From: Mytilus californianus
Taxonomy: Eukaryota
Length of the DNA stretch: 64,000 nucleotides
NCBI RefSeq assembly: GCF_021869535.1
Contig: NW_026262582.1
Span: 26,474,001 to 26,538,000, forward strand
Reading direction: 5' to 3'
The number at the start of each line of letters is the position of its first letter. Positions within the stretch are counted from its first letter, which is position 1. Below are positions 40,029 to 52,650 of the stretch, in pieces. The position numbers were made by a program, and so were the translations under genes. The notes beneath the pieces are model-generated. The model had not been told where the DNA came from and did no database searches. It worked only from the letters and a program-made list of their open reading frames with translations.

Positions 40029-40555
40029 GAAATTATGCTTTCAGACCCACTGAAGGTAGTTTCTCCGTTAAAAAAATGGAAAACATGATGACTTTACTTA
40101 TTTCAAGAACAAACACCCAGATGTTTTCAACAACTGATACAATACATGTAGTTGTGGAAAATAGAGGTATACCCCATGTGTCTGATGAACATTCGTCATC
40201 AATATCAGACAATAACATCAATGGTTCGGACATTTTGGACGATGGTTATGAGAAGCAATACTCGACTTGGGTTGAAAATGATATAGAAGAAATTAAACAT
40301 GTTTATCTCTCTACAACAAACAACTCAACCTATGAAAATTCAACACCTTCAGAGAATACTGCTTGCGGACATTCTCCAGATTCACAGAACTGGATTCCTC
40401 ACCTGATAAGACAAAAACACATATTGATGAAAATGACTGTCAGAAAAATGTGAAACAGAATTATGAATTATTTTCGAACGAGAGATTTCCAACGACCATA
40501 CGTTTATAAACAGCATAATCAAGTAGAGTACATTAACTTGTCACTTAAACAATAA
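40029..40555 (+). pseudogene. Copy A last exon: Ser/Thr/Tyr-rich cytoplasmic tail; in-frame TGA at 40451 precedes the ITIM-like VEYINL
   Basis: ttttag acceptor. Reads DDGYEKQYST..KHVYL..STYENSTP..RKM*NRIMNYFRTRDFQRPYVYKQHNQVEYINLSLKQ* in one frame; homologous to 47123-47457. Confidence 0.8.
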
Positions 40556-40699
40556 AAAAAATTTCCCTACAAATAATATCATTATTATTGGCGAGGCTCG
40601 GTCTCTATGCATCCCGCCAATGTGTTGTTGTGCTGTGGTCATTTTTTGTATTCTTGTCTTTCATTTTTGCTTATGTGCTTTGTCTATATGCCATTTTGT

Positions 40700-41052
40700 T
40701 TTTCTTTGTTGATATATTTGTTTGTTTTTATAGTGATTAAGATTATAACACGATGTTGACTGCTGTACCCCTATTTTTAACATTTTTACCTGTTATTTCT
40801 CTTTGTTTTGTTCACACATTTTTGTCAATATAATGGAATTTTATGCGACTGTCATACAAGTGAGAGGTTTAGCTAGCTATAAAATCAGGTTCAATCCACC
40901 ATTTCTACATAAGGAAATGCCTGTACCAAAACAGAAATATGACAGTTGTTTTTCATTCTTTTGATTTGATTGAGCTTTTGATTTTGCCATTTAATAAGGG
41001 ACTTTCCGATTTGAATTTTCCTTGGAGTTCAGTATTTTTGTTATTTTACTTT
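40700..41052 (+). repeat. Interspersed repeat family R2 (direct copy at 41470-41799; partial copies at 46075-46207 and 61215-61378)
   Basis: atgttgactgctgtaccc..gactgtcatacaagtgagaggtttagctagctataaaa..gagcttttgattttgccattt is shared by the copies. Confidence 0.85.
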
Positions 41053-42439
41053 TTACAAATAATGGATACATCATGCTTCTCTTACATAAAATATCAATCA
41101 GTACAAATCCAGCAGATGTTGTGTAAAGACGACCTAATGAATCTGAGGAATTGTGAAATGGCAACCTATAAGTATCGATAGGCTGTAGTACCATATAGGT
41201 TCATAAGTGTATATCAATACATATTTAAGTATATTTTAATTCATGAATAACAAAATCATTGTTAGTACCGATAAAGACAATATTCAGAGATGTTAAATAG
41301 ATAAACCTTAAACATAAGTTTTTTTTAAAGGATCAATGAGTTTATATGGATCGTGTTTAAATTTACGGGCTTATAAACAACATTATTATAATATTTTGGA
41401 TTTGATATCTCGTGTGTTTCTGTAATAAGGTACCGCTAAACTTTTTACCAACATTTTTGCATCTATCTATATATGTTTTTACAGTGATTAAGTTTATAAC
41501 ACAATGTTGACTGCTGTACCCCGATTTTTGACATTTTTACCTATTATGTATGTTTCTGTTGTTCACACATTGTTGTCAATATAATGGAATTTTAAGGCGA
41601 CTGTCATACAAGTGAGAGGTTTAGCTAGCTATAAAACAAGGTTTAACCCAACATTTTCTACACAAGGAAATGCCTGTACCTAGTCAGGAATATGACAGTT
41701 GTTTTCCATTCTTTTGAGCTTTTGATTATGCCATTTGATAAGGGACTTTCCGTTTTGAATTTATCCTTGGAGTTCGGCATTTTTGTTATTTTACTTTTTA
41801 GTAGTCATTAAGACTTTGAATAATAATTTGTGGTTACTGAAACGAAATCCCTGACTTTATAATTTACAAGTTATAAATAAATTACGCTCATTTAAATATA
41901 AAACGTCACTACAGACACAGGCATAGCGAACAAAATATACAGACCATACGGAAGGAACAAAGTACTACCACCGTCCGAATAAAAGGACAATTATCTGTAG
42001 GAACGAAAAATCATCTGTTTTGTTTTGATTTTGTTTTATATACTAATCATGCTAATATAAATTCCCATAAAAATCAAAATAAAGAGAAGACATCATTGCT
42101 GTTTGATATATTGATTTAAAGTAAGTTCTCTTGAATAAATTTCCATAGTGCTTTTTGATAATTCTTGATTATACAAAGCAAACATATCATCAAGGTAACG
42201 GTAAGTGTAGTTAAATGGCCAAGTAAATGAAATTTAGACGGATCTTCCTGGGTTCGGCCTTTAACTGTGATTCATAAATCTGCTAATAAAAATGCGCAAT
42301 TGGTGCTCAAAGGAATGTCTACAACATGTCTATAAACTATATTGCCTGGATGAACAAATAAATGTCAAGGAGAAAACTTACAAATATGATATCATCACAT
42401 CAGTTTCAGTAAGTATATCTAGCATATTGACGTTTTGTC

Positions 42440-43030
42440 ATTACAGAAGAAGGCTTAATAATTTCAGCTTCCCAATTGTGAACTTTCCAATTCTATGTAG
42501 CAACATTCCAGCAGCGCCTGCCTACAGAGTATATATCTCCCAGTTGATACGATATTCCAGGGCTTGTATTTCCTATCATGATTTTCTTGATAGAGGGTTG
42601 CTGCTCACAAGGAAGCTATTAAACCAAGAGTTCCAAGGGTTGAAGTTGAAATTATCCCTTCGTAAATTTTACGGACGCAATCACAAGTTGGTTTCGTTAT
42701 GGAATATCCGTTTCACAGATGATAGTTGATATATTCCAATTGTCGTAACTACAATCCCGTCACCTTTTCCCCGAATGGGACCTACCGAATTAGACTTATT
42801 ACCGGGTTTGTACTAATTTGAGCAACACGACGGGTGCCACATGTGGATCAGGATCTGCGTACCCTTCCGGAGCACCTGAGACCACCCCCAATGGTTGGTG
42901 GGGATTGTGTTGCTCAGTCTTTAGTTTTCTATGTTTTTTTAACTGTTGTTTGTTTGGTTTTTTTCTTTTTTAGTCATGGCGTTGTCAGTTTAATTTCGGC
43001 TTATAAGTTTGAATGTTCTTTTGGTATCTT
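42440..43030 (+). mobile_element. Penelope-like retroelement 3' fragment (RT C-terminus plus tail)
   Basis: NFPIVNFPILCSNIPAAPAYRVYISQLIRYSRAC..LKLSLRKFYGR, similar to 49066-49540. The tail acgacgggtgccacatgtgg..ccttccggagcacctg is related to about 59590-59700. Confidence 0.8.
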
Positions 43031-44182
43031 TCGCCTCTGCTTTAATAAATAGATATAACAGTATTACCAAACTCCAAGATAAATTCAAAAATTGGGAAGT
43101 CCATAAAAACGTATAAAATCAAACGTTAGACTTTATTATCCAAAGGAACGAATGGTTTGACGGTTTCGATTTGATATTAAATGTTTTAATTATCAAATAT
43201 TATTAATGCTTTACGCTTTGTCTTACTTTGTTAGCCTATGTCATGAAATTTATAACGTTTTGTTTTCATTTTTTTCTACCTGATATCTGTTATATATGCT
43301 TCATTGTAGAAAGTCTTTTCCTTATAAAAAAATATGTATTTCATAATGTTTAATGTGTTACGCAATACAGAATATAGTTTAAAAATCATGTCAAAACAAA
43401 CCAGATATTTCCGTTTCAGCTTGAGAGTTCATCCGTTGTAACTGTCTGGCACGATTTTTTTTTAATTCAAAATCAATAGGTATAAATCATTAAATTCAAG
43501 TATACAAATCCGACCTGTTTCCCTATTCGAATAAAGGTCATTGTTGAAAGTCTCCAGGAAGTATTCGTTCAAATGAATTGCAAATAAATCATAATTGTAT
43601 TTCTAACACATGTGATACGTTTTGTTGCTTTTATGTTCACGGTTACAGTGACGAAATGACAATAAGCAAAAAAAAAAAAAAAAGAAGAAGGAACCAGATA
43701 TCTTAAAGATCGAAAAATATTACACTCTCTACCGTCGGCACTTTTGAAATTTTAGGCAAACTTAGTTTAGACTGAAAATGATTGTCTGAAGTTAATGCTT
43801 TAAAATCTATGTATTCTCTTTTAGTGGACACAAATATAGTTGCCAATATATTGGAATGTATTCCTGTTACAAACCTGAAATTAAATTTGTTATCTATGTT
43901 GCCCGCTTTGAATAAAGATGCATGCTACAAAATTATATTTAACTGTCTTCGTTTTGTTAACATCTCCAAGCGCATTCCTTATGAAATGAAACCAATAAGA
44001 TATACGTAATTCGAAAACAAAATCTATGTTCGAAATACATATCATGTTATATTCTACTTAAAGTTACAAAAAATCATTTCAAACAAAATGTTTTGAATTA
44101 TCAATTCTTATGATTCAATTTAAGTCTTTAACAGCGCTTGCCATTTTGATTTAAAACGGCTGAACCTAAAAACGTCCATATA

Positions 44183-44302
44183 AGAATGAGGAGATATGTT
44201 GTGATTGACAATGAGACCACTATCCACCAGGGTCAAAATGAAGTGGTTGTTAATTATAGGCTATCGTTCGACCTTCAACAATGATAAAAGCCAATATCGT
44301 AT
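44183..44302 (+). repeat. Interspersed repeat family R1 (decayed)
   Basis: gatatgttgtgattgacaatgagaccactatccac..gaccttcaacaatgat. Confidence 0.7.
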
Positions 44303-44451
44303 AGACATTTTTGTCTTGTTAAGAGTTTAAGTTATTATTTTATATTTTTTCTTGTTGTAAATTCTGTATTGTTGAGATATTTGGCTCAATATTTTTTTCA
44401 GCCAACTAAGTATGTTGTTGTTAGTTTATGTACATACAAGATCTGGAAAGA

Positions 44452-44615
44452 TTAATTAACTACGTGCGAGTTGTCAAAACAGACTTGATTTAACCGCAGT
44501 GAATGAGTCTGAAAATTTACTGTAAGTTTTAACATGACTTTATAATTTAGAGCTCCGCCTTTTAAGAATTGTTCATATCAAACTGCTGTTTTATTTCAAA
44601 ATGGGTTTTCTAGCT
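44452..44615 (+). promoter_or_regulatory. Duplicated non-repeat block shared with 55128-55290; candidate 5' region or first exon of the Ig genes
   Basis: ttaattaa..gcga..tgtc..cgcagtgaat(g/a)agtctgaaa(a/g)tttact is present at both sites; the 55.1-kb copy lies about 650 bp upstream of the copy B V exon. Confidence 0.4.
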
Positions 44616-46479
44616 ACACATCCATTGCTTTATATATCCACGAAATAATTGCTGCATATACAAGGTAAACACGAATATGTACTCATAGTGAATGTATTTA
44701 CCATTTTACACTTTCGAATGTTTGTCATATTTTATGATAATGGTTATGTTAGACCATTTTATGCAAATTTTTGCTTGTTTTGTACTATGGAATTATTTAA
44801 AGACTCCACATCTGAAGGATAACAATTCTTTTTAAATTTAATTATTGTTTGTATTCTTGAAGACGTACTTGTTTGCTGTCTGTTTTGGTGTAATTGATGT
44901 CTTATTTGACAAGTAATACGTCAATCTTACGATACACGTATGCCTTCCAAGTCACATAAAAAAACACGAGTTGACACCCTTGCTACCTATTTCTGTTTAT
45001 ATACCATGGTAATCATATAGAAGTCGCTTTAACTGATGCAATCTGCAATTATTCTATACCACTAGAAACTTAAAAAGTAGTTTACCTCATTGACGGACGT
45101 GTACACAGTTTGTTCGTGCATGTATTTATGTGTTGAGTATTTTTTATCATTTGGGTTCTTGTTATTATTATAATAGTACTTATTATATAGAAAGGTAGAC
45201 TTCGTAAATAAGCTCTGTTTAAACAATATATGTAATGAACAATATATAATTGACAACCATGTATTGGTAGCTTCCCATTACTTTGATATACTTTGATTAT
45301 TGAAAGTTCCGATATATGTAAAACTAATGACTATGCAATGTTAAACATGTATATGAAGCGATTACAAGATGTGTATCACGATTTTCAATTTAAACAATGA
45401 AATGTAACAGTATTTACAAATGTAGTTACCTGGAATGAATATATTAATTTACCTAATTTGAATACATTTCTATTTATTATATAGTATTACCTGAGAATGA
45501 AAAGTTACTTATTGCGTGATTTTGTTTGTCAAAGGCAGACAGGATCAAACGTTCTCATGACTCAACTGTTTAAAACGTTTTATTACTAGTATACAGTGAT
45601 TTCCCAAGAAATTTAGACAACTTCACAATGTTCACGCACACTGTAATTTTCCAAGGGTAGTATTTTCAACGAATTTTGTAAACATATGGCCTACAATGAT
45701 TTGTTAAGTATATGTTCTAATAAAAATGGGTAACTTGTATGACTTACATTTTCTTACATCAACGTTTTTGACACTAGTCGATACATGTTGATAGTTGACC
45801 CATGCCACACATCGTAATCATTTTAGTAATAGCATACATGACAACTTCAAAATATTAATAGAACTAATAAACAACCGTCCATAATTCATGACATCGAAAA
45901 TATAAAACTCAGCAACATGAACCTGATCAAAAAATAAATGGCAATGTGAGGTACTACTAAACGTTTTGACAATTTTTTTTTAAAGTATAAAATGTAGACC
46001 TTTAGATATTGTTTATGTTCATTTTCGAAGCTTCAGTTGTTTGTATTTTTTTTTTTTGGTTAATCCAGTAATGACTGTACCAAGTCAGGACTATGACATT
46101 TGTGTTTCATTCGTTTGATGTGTTTGAGCTTTTGATTTTGCCTTTTGATTAAGGAATTTCCGTTTTGAATTTTCCTTGGAGTTCGGTATTTTTGCTATTT
46201 ACTGTTTTGTAAATATTTCTTGATCACAAAGAATTTGAACCTGGTTTGACATCTGACATTTTTTTGGGGTCACCAAATCCTTAAACCTTTATCTTTTTTA
46301 TTGATAGAATTAAACACCAATCGTGAAATATTATTTTTCGTGTGTATTTTTTATAACATGTTCAATTTGATTAAATGCTGATACTTTTGCAGTTTTTACT
46401 GCGATGATAGTTATATTTATTTATTGAGGATAGTGCAAAAATGTTCAGATTGTTGATACATTATTAATAAATGCATCAA

Positions 46480-46600
46480 AAATACCGGCTAACCATTTTT
46501 ACACCAGGTGCGCGTTTCGTCTAGAAAAGACTCATCGTTGACGCTCGAATCAATTAAGTTAAAAAGGCCAATAAGATACAAAGTTGAAGAGACTACACTT
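46480..46600 (-). mobile_element. Retrozyme-like fragment with decayed hammerhead (46501-46550)
   Basis: Reverse complement gcgtcaac-gatga-gtc-ttttcta-gac-gaaa-cgcgc-acc-tggtgt. Confidence 0.7.
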
Positions 46601-46855
46601 TATTATTGAAAATAAACAATACAATCATTGTCACCAAAATACGAGTTCATTTCCTGAAAATATTTTGTATGTAACTCAAAGTTACATATTATATTTTTAG
46701 TTGCAGAATCAACTATATTATTGAATTATCAAAACAGAGGTAATATCTTAACTTTATCATTCAGGATATGTCAGATTGACTATATTTTAAGGTTCACTTA
46801 GTGCATTTATTTAAAAAAAAATGTTAAAGAAATGGAATATCTTTTTATCTTGTAG

Positions 46856-47457
46856 GTCATTGTTTGTAGATGTGGTGCATTTCTGACCTGTATGTGTAAG
46901 TGAAAAAATCAAACCAGAATAAAAAAAAAACGCTAGCTACACCAACAAGAACGAAAATTGAATATTACCATGACGACAAGGAATAAAATGGACAACATAA
47001 ACCCATTAAAACGTACGACGGATTTTTTTAAATAAGATATTCGACGAGTGAAGTAGACTCCTCTAATCGTATTTACATTATTACAATCCTGTCTTTTTTC
47101 GTTGTTTCGGTGAAAATTTTAGGATGGTTATGAAAAACCATACACGACATTCGATTCGTTGCAAATAATGGAGGTGGAGACAAACATGTTTATCACAAGA
47201 CCAAACAAAACTGGAACTATGATAAGTCAACCCCCTTCAAAAATGCTACTTTTGGGCATTCATTTGAGTTCACAGAACAGGCTTTTTTTCAATGGAAAAA
47301 AACTAAAACAATTTTTATGCGAATGAAGTGCACCAAAGTGCAAACATTAATTATGGTGGAAAAATACTCTAAGGAAACAGACAATGATTTCCAACGGTCA
47401 AACGTTTATAAACAAAGGAAAACCACAAAATATATCAACTTGTCTTTTAAACAATAA
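46856..47457 (+). pseudogene. Orphan last exon of a third Ig-receptor paralogue (copy C); clear homology at 47123-47457, 5' boundary uncertain
   Basis: DGYEKPYTTF / 5-bp attcg duplication at 47149-47158 / VANNGGGDKHVY..NYDKSTP..DFQRSNVYKQRKTTKYINLSFKQ* aligns with 40241-40555. Confidence 0.8.
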
Positions 47458-47556
47458 AGTTTTAAAATGCCTGACTATAAATATATATTGTATCTTAATA
47501 CGAAACATTATCACACTATTCTTACATTCTACAACTCTACAGACAGTTCTGATTAT

Positions 47557-48040
47557 TGAATAGACGAAAGTAAATATCTTGTAGTACACAAAAATAAAAA
47601 TATAACTTTATAAATTGTATGCGTTCAAAGCACTTTTCTGGATTAAAATTCATCAGGAATGTTCATAACCAAAAATATGAAAGCCAAGGATGTAAAACAA
47701 AAATCCAACACTTGATTCTGGAGATTAATAAACCGGTAAACCTGCTGACTCGATATAATATTTTTGGAAATTTTACACCTTCTTGTTAATATAACTCTTT
47801 CGTCGAGTTTTCCAATTGACTGAAAATACGACGTGAAAGTGACAATATCAAACCCTTAAATCACTGATATACAATTATTAATAATCGACGTTAAAGACAA
47901 TAATTTTATCATTTTGTTGAACCAAATTTTTTTTGTAAGTCTGGAAATCAATCTTATTTTTTTGCTTTTTTCATGACATTGCTCCTTTCTATACTTTACA
48001 GAACCACTTGTCCATATTGTTTGGGTCAATGTCAATGAAT
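47557..48040 (+). repeat. Segmental-duplication unit, copy 2 (continues at 52330-52770)
   Basis: Aligns with bases 1-490. Confidence 0.9.
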
Positions 48041-48061
48041 ATATTTCAGTTATGGATGAAT

Positions 48062-48420
48062 AAAGGCAACAGTAGTATACCGCTGTTCAAAAGTCATAAA
48101 TCGATTGAGAGAAAACAAAACCGGGTTACAAACTAAAACCGAGGGAAACACTTCAACTTTAAGAGAAAACCAACGGAACAACAGAAACACTGAAGTGCAA
48201 CAGAAACAGACGCCAATGCAACATACATAGAAACGAACTATTTGATAACAACTGCCATATTCCTGACTTGGTACAGGACATTTTAAGAAGAAATGATGAG
48301 TTGAACCTGGTTTAATGGCTAGCCAAACCTCCCGCTAATATGGCAATGTTAAAAATACCAATAAAATGACAACATTACGCTACAGGAATACAGTACAAAT
48401 AAATGCAAGAACACTCAGGA
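48062..48420 (-). repeat. R2-related repeat, inverted relative to 60620-60895
   Basis: aaggcaacagtagtataccgctgttc..ccgggttacaaactaaaac..gagggaa is the reverse complement of 60810-60892. Confidence 0.8.
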
Positions 48421-48899
48421 CAGAGAAATACATAAATAAATAATATAATAGTACACTTCGACAGGTAAACTACAGAATAACAACGAACACCAAAAATTAA
48501 TTAACGACAGTACACAAATACATCATAATAGAATTATGAACTCTGCGTCACACGAATGTACCAACGCCACAAAATGTGATGTCATAGGTAAATTTCTAAA
48601 AATTTAAAATAAAATCGGGATTAAGTTTGTAATGGTATTATTTGATGTATTTTCTAACAATTACAAGAATATAAATATAGAATTGTATTAGTAATGGTGT
48701 AATTAATTGTATTTTCTAACCAAGTCGGTTTATCTTCTAAATCAAACTGTGCAAAAACAAATAAAATCCTTCGCATATAGTTGCTTTAAACTAAAGATCA
48801 TACAAATGAACTAGGTGATTAATTATCTTAACTTTACATACATATAGAAAATAAAAATAAAATTAAAACCACAAACGATGCATAAAACAATATCCAATA

Positions 48900-51800
48900 A
48901 GAATTACAAATAAAACATCATAACTAGATATATGAATTTTGGATGTACAAATACCGGGACACGTCTAAAAGCAATGCGGATTCACACTCAGCAAAACAGT
49001 TATATTCGTGAATAGGTCACATTTGGTACTTAAAAGACAAGACGACGTATATGGTAAACCACAATCTAAGACGTGTTAAAAAAGTCGTTGGTAAGTTTAG
49101 ACACAGACACGTCGTATAGATCAAACAATTCGTGATGGTGTCCATAAAATTTACGGAGTGTCATTTTTAATCTTTCCTCCTCATAACTCTGTTGTATCAG
49201 TTTGTGCGTAAGGATCACACTTCTGTATATGAAGTCTGTATAGTGTGAACATGCACGAGCATAACGTATCATTTGAGATATGTAAACACCATACGATGGG
49301 GCTGAGGGTATGTTACTGCTGAGGAATAGGAAATTGATAATTGGGAAGTTAAAATCGTCCCGTTTGTCATAGATTTTAGTGTGAAGTCGTCAATCTGTGT
49401 CAATATTGAGGAAAAGATCAACGTATGAAGCAGTCCTTCTAGTATCAGTAGTATACTTAATGTCAAGTTCACTGGGATATATGAGATGTAAGTACTGGCT
49501 GAAATATGGGTTATTTGGTGATAGGACATCATCAATATATACAGTCCGCCAAAAGTTAAGCACCATCTATCTTTGTTGCATCGAATTTTTTTTTCATTTA
49601 AAAAAACCAGTTAATCCTCGAAAAAGAGAAAATATTCATGTAGCAATTGTGCTAACATATGCCATAAACAAACCATCAACTTAAGTTTGGTCACTGATGC
49701 AGGTTCTATGCATTTGAATTTTGCGTTCATAGAAATAGTGAAAATTACACAAATCAGAAACGGAATTTAAGTTTTACTTTGATTTTATTTTTTTACAACA
49801 ATTAATCACCCAAAATCATTAAAATTCTCTACAAATAATCTTTGGTATGTTCGGCAAATTTAATGTCAATATTTAAGTCAATAGGATGTGTAACCATCTC
49901 TCATCCGGTACAGTTCCATAACACGGCGTCTCATACTCTGTACAAGCCTTCTGAACTTTAGTTGAGCAAATTTATTCCATTCATCAACAATTGCCCTCTT
50001 AAATCGCCAAGATTTTGCAAAGGTGGATCTCTGCAATTGAGATTTCTGCCAATGGCATCCCAGACATGTTCGATAGGGTTCAGGTCTGGAGACATGGAAG
50101 GCCAAAAGAAAGTGTCAATGGCTTCTTGATCTTTGTAATCGGTTACAATCCTTGTCCTGTGTGGTCTAGCGTTGTCGTCCATGTACGAGGGTCTTCAACG
50201 CAAGTTGGGGATTCTCAAAATGGGGTCTTTCGGACCTTGGTCTATCATTTACAGTTCCTGTGTCAATATGATGTTGTTAAAATCTGACAATGTTGGTGCG
50301 ATTAACATTGAAATGGTTACCAATGCTCCTAGTGCTCCTATCGGCATTTGACATGTCGATTGCTTGTCAACGTTCAGTCACAGATAACTTACCGCTTGCC
50401 ATATTTCACAGTGACTTGGTGAAGGTCAAATTTCACCTGTACGCTTGACAGTAGGAAGATGATTTAAAGGCATCGAAACAGTGTATTTGTAACAGTGCAG
50501 ATGACCTTTAATAAAAGGTTGCTTGGCGGGTATATCGGAGTTTATTTTTTTTGGTTGTAATGAATTTTCTTAGTGTATGCTATAGGCAATCCATAACACC
50601 AAATATAAATATTTTTTTCGCAATAGTTAAAAAAATATTGACAGTTATATTTAGGTGGTGCTTAACTTTTGGCGGACTGTATATCTGATAGTAAAATTAA
50701 TGAATTTCGCAAGGTGCTTTTTCTTTTTGTCTTAAAGAAGGTTCTGAATGAATTCTGCCTCATACGAGTACAACAAAAAATGGCCAGTAGGTGTGCACAA
50801 TTAGTATTCATCGGAATACCGACTGTCTGTAAAAATATCAATCCTCAAAACTCAACAAATATACTGTCGATAAAAAAGTCCAGTATTTTGATAATATCAT
50901 CTTCAGTATATTTTCTGGTAGAATCAGTGTGGTTCTTATCACAAAATAAGAATTATTAGAACCCAAAACAAGAAATTTGTATCTACGATTCCCATTTTTA
51001 TAGAAAAAGCTGTTTAATGAGATGGTGAAGTCGATCTTTCAATTGAGCTCGGGAATTGTAGTGTAAAGCGTAGAAAATCAAAGGTCTTAATGTTGCTACA
51101 AAATTGCAGGGATTGTGATCTAAGATTTAGCAGTAGATCCTTAGAATTTTTGAGAATCCACATCTGATTAACACTTCTGGTTGAATATATCACATCACAA
51201 TATATTTGAAAGCCATCTTTTACTGTAGAAAGAATAGTAGTCAGCACTTTAGAAAGGTGTTTAGTCGAACATCTTGATGATCCAGCTATTTATCGTTCTT
51301 TATACGGAGTTTTATGAAGTTTTGGTATCCAGTATAATGACGGTAGATTTTCTTCGTTTTCTTTGATGTTAATACCAAAAGAACGATGGACAGATTTGTG
51401 ATTTTGCAAAATTTCATTCTTTGTAAATGATGTTAAATAATATATGTAGGATTACCAGTTGTGCTGTGTATTCCAAGCTCTTTTGTGAGACATTGCAAAA
51501 ATGGTTTTTACATTCGAAGACAATATTATTGGAAGCTTTATCTGCTGGAACAACGACAAATGTGTCATGCAAAGAGGATAAAGCATCCACAACTTTCGGG
51601 TTCCTGAATGGGTTAGAAACCCTTGCGCTCATAGTACATCGTAGTTTCTGAATGCGCTTCTGAATGCATGATCGAAAAGCTTTGATCCATTCAGACAAAG
51701 TGTCCAGTTCTGGTTCGTCTGGTTCTCGTTTTACCCATTTTCTAGCATAGTCCTCAACTGCATTCATCAGTAATTTGAAGTTCTTTTTCCAGTTGATGGT

Positions 51801-52250
51801 CTGGGGAATTCTATATTTTGGTCCCTTGGCTAACAACTCTCTTAGTTGTTCATTGGCAACGATGCCAAGGTCGCCAGTAATAACATGACCAACTGGACTA
51901 TAACTGTATTTTGACGATGCACATGATCAATCCGGAGGTTTGGATTTCACATCTTTGAGGTTAAAGGCCTCTAAAACCCTCTTGTGGTTGAAAATCTTGG
52001 ATGCAATAGACTTGGTGTAATTTCAGGTATAGTTTTTTGTACAGATTTCTGGTGGAAAATAGTGCTAATATTGAATATTGAATGGCGAATTCTTCTTTAA
52101 AAAAATTACGTTTTTCCTCATTTTTTGATGTAGTTGTTACGGGTTTAAATAGTCTATGGTAAGTAATGTCCATGATAACTGTAACTAATCGATAGAAAAC
52201 AGAATTAGAATCAATAACAGCGGTATTTTGAGCCTCTTGAAATAGTAAAT
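48900..52250 (-). mobile_element. Decayed Penelope-like retroelement whose RT ends without a C-terminal endonuclease (Naiad-like); interrupted by Tc1
   Basis: GHVITGDLGIV..LLAKGPKYR, VVVPADKASNNIVF, FTIR|YIDDVLS split by the Tc1, YDKRDDFNFPIINF, and RKFYGHHHEL close to the stop at 49066. Confidence 0.85.
49542..50679 (-). mobile_element. Internally deleted Tc1 (DD34E) transposon
   Basis: Perfect 24-bp TIRs cagtccgccaaaagttaagcacca, flanked by TA runs. Transposase remnants include an N-terminal HTH near 50400 and DDNARPH..SPDLNPIEHVWD. Confidence 0.92.
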
Positions 52251-52399
52251 AAAGTTTAGATAATGGAATGGAGTATAATTTAGTTCTGATATGGTGAATT
52301 CCTAAAGGTTGAATATGGTGAATTCCTAAATGAAACGCAATTATCAGCACTGTTGTGTTGACATGAATTATCATTGATATGGTCATAATTATAAATTAT

Positions 52400-52650
52400 T
52401 TGTTTACAAAACTTTGAATTGTCGAAATATTGAGGCTTTTTTACCTCAGGAATAGATTAGTTTAGCTGTATTTGGCAAAACATTTGGAATTGTGGGTCAT
52501 TAATGCTCTTCAACTTCGTACTTCATTTGGCCTTTTTAACTTTTTATAATTCGAGCGTCACTGATGAACTTTAGCATGTTTAGTAGACGAAACGCGCATC
52601 TGGCGTATACAATTTCAATCCGGGTATCTATGATAAGTTCATTGTCAATA
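52400..52650 (+). mobile_element. Retrozyme-like repeat, positional paralogue of 596-845; hammerhead at about 52551-52607
   Basis: gcgtca-ctgatga-(disrupted stem II)-gac-gaaa-cgcgc-atc-tggcgt. Confidence 0.8.

Larger units (their letters stand above)
11998..40555 (+). pseudogene. Ig-superfamily type-I membrane receptor, copy A (5 Ig exons, TM, Tyr-rich tail with ITIM-like end); multiply disrupted
   Basis: Exons at 11998-12366, 33453-33733, 34939-35205, 35444-35748, 36479-36811, 37784-37894, (38856-38883), (39361-39456) and 40029-40555. Lesions: TAA 12180, 1-bp deletion near 33568, acceptor AG>AC at 35442-35443, TGA 35530, TAA 35590, 1-bp deletion near 35705, TGA 40451. Confidence 0.9.

Noticed and set aside
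40451-40453. Programmed readthrough or selenocysteine at the TGA
   Set aside because: The context is TGA-A rather than the leaky TGA-C, no SECIS is evident, and the gene has several other lesions.
42292-42729. 145-aa ORF as a host gene
   Set aside because: It is chimeric: an unrelated 5' stretch is fused in frame to a Penelope RT fragment starting at about 42440.
42820-42925. HDV-like ribozyme or SECIS in the PLE tail
   Set aside because: There are stems (agcaacac/gtgttgct, ccaccccc/ggtgggg), but I could not fit the HDV P3/L3 and J4/2 pattern or the SECIS core.
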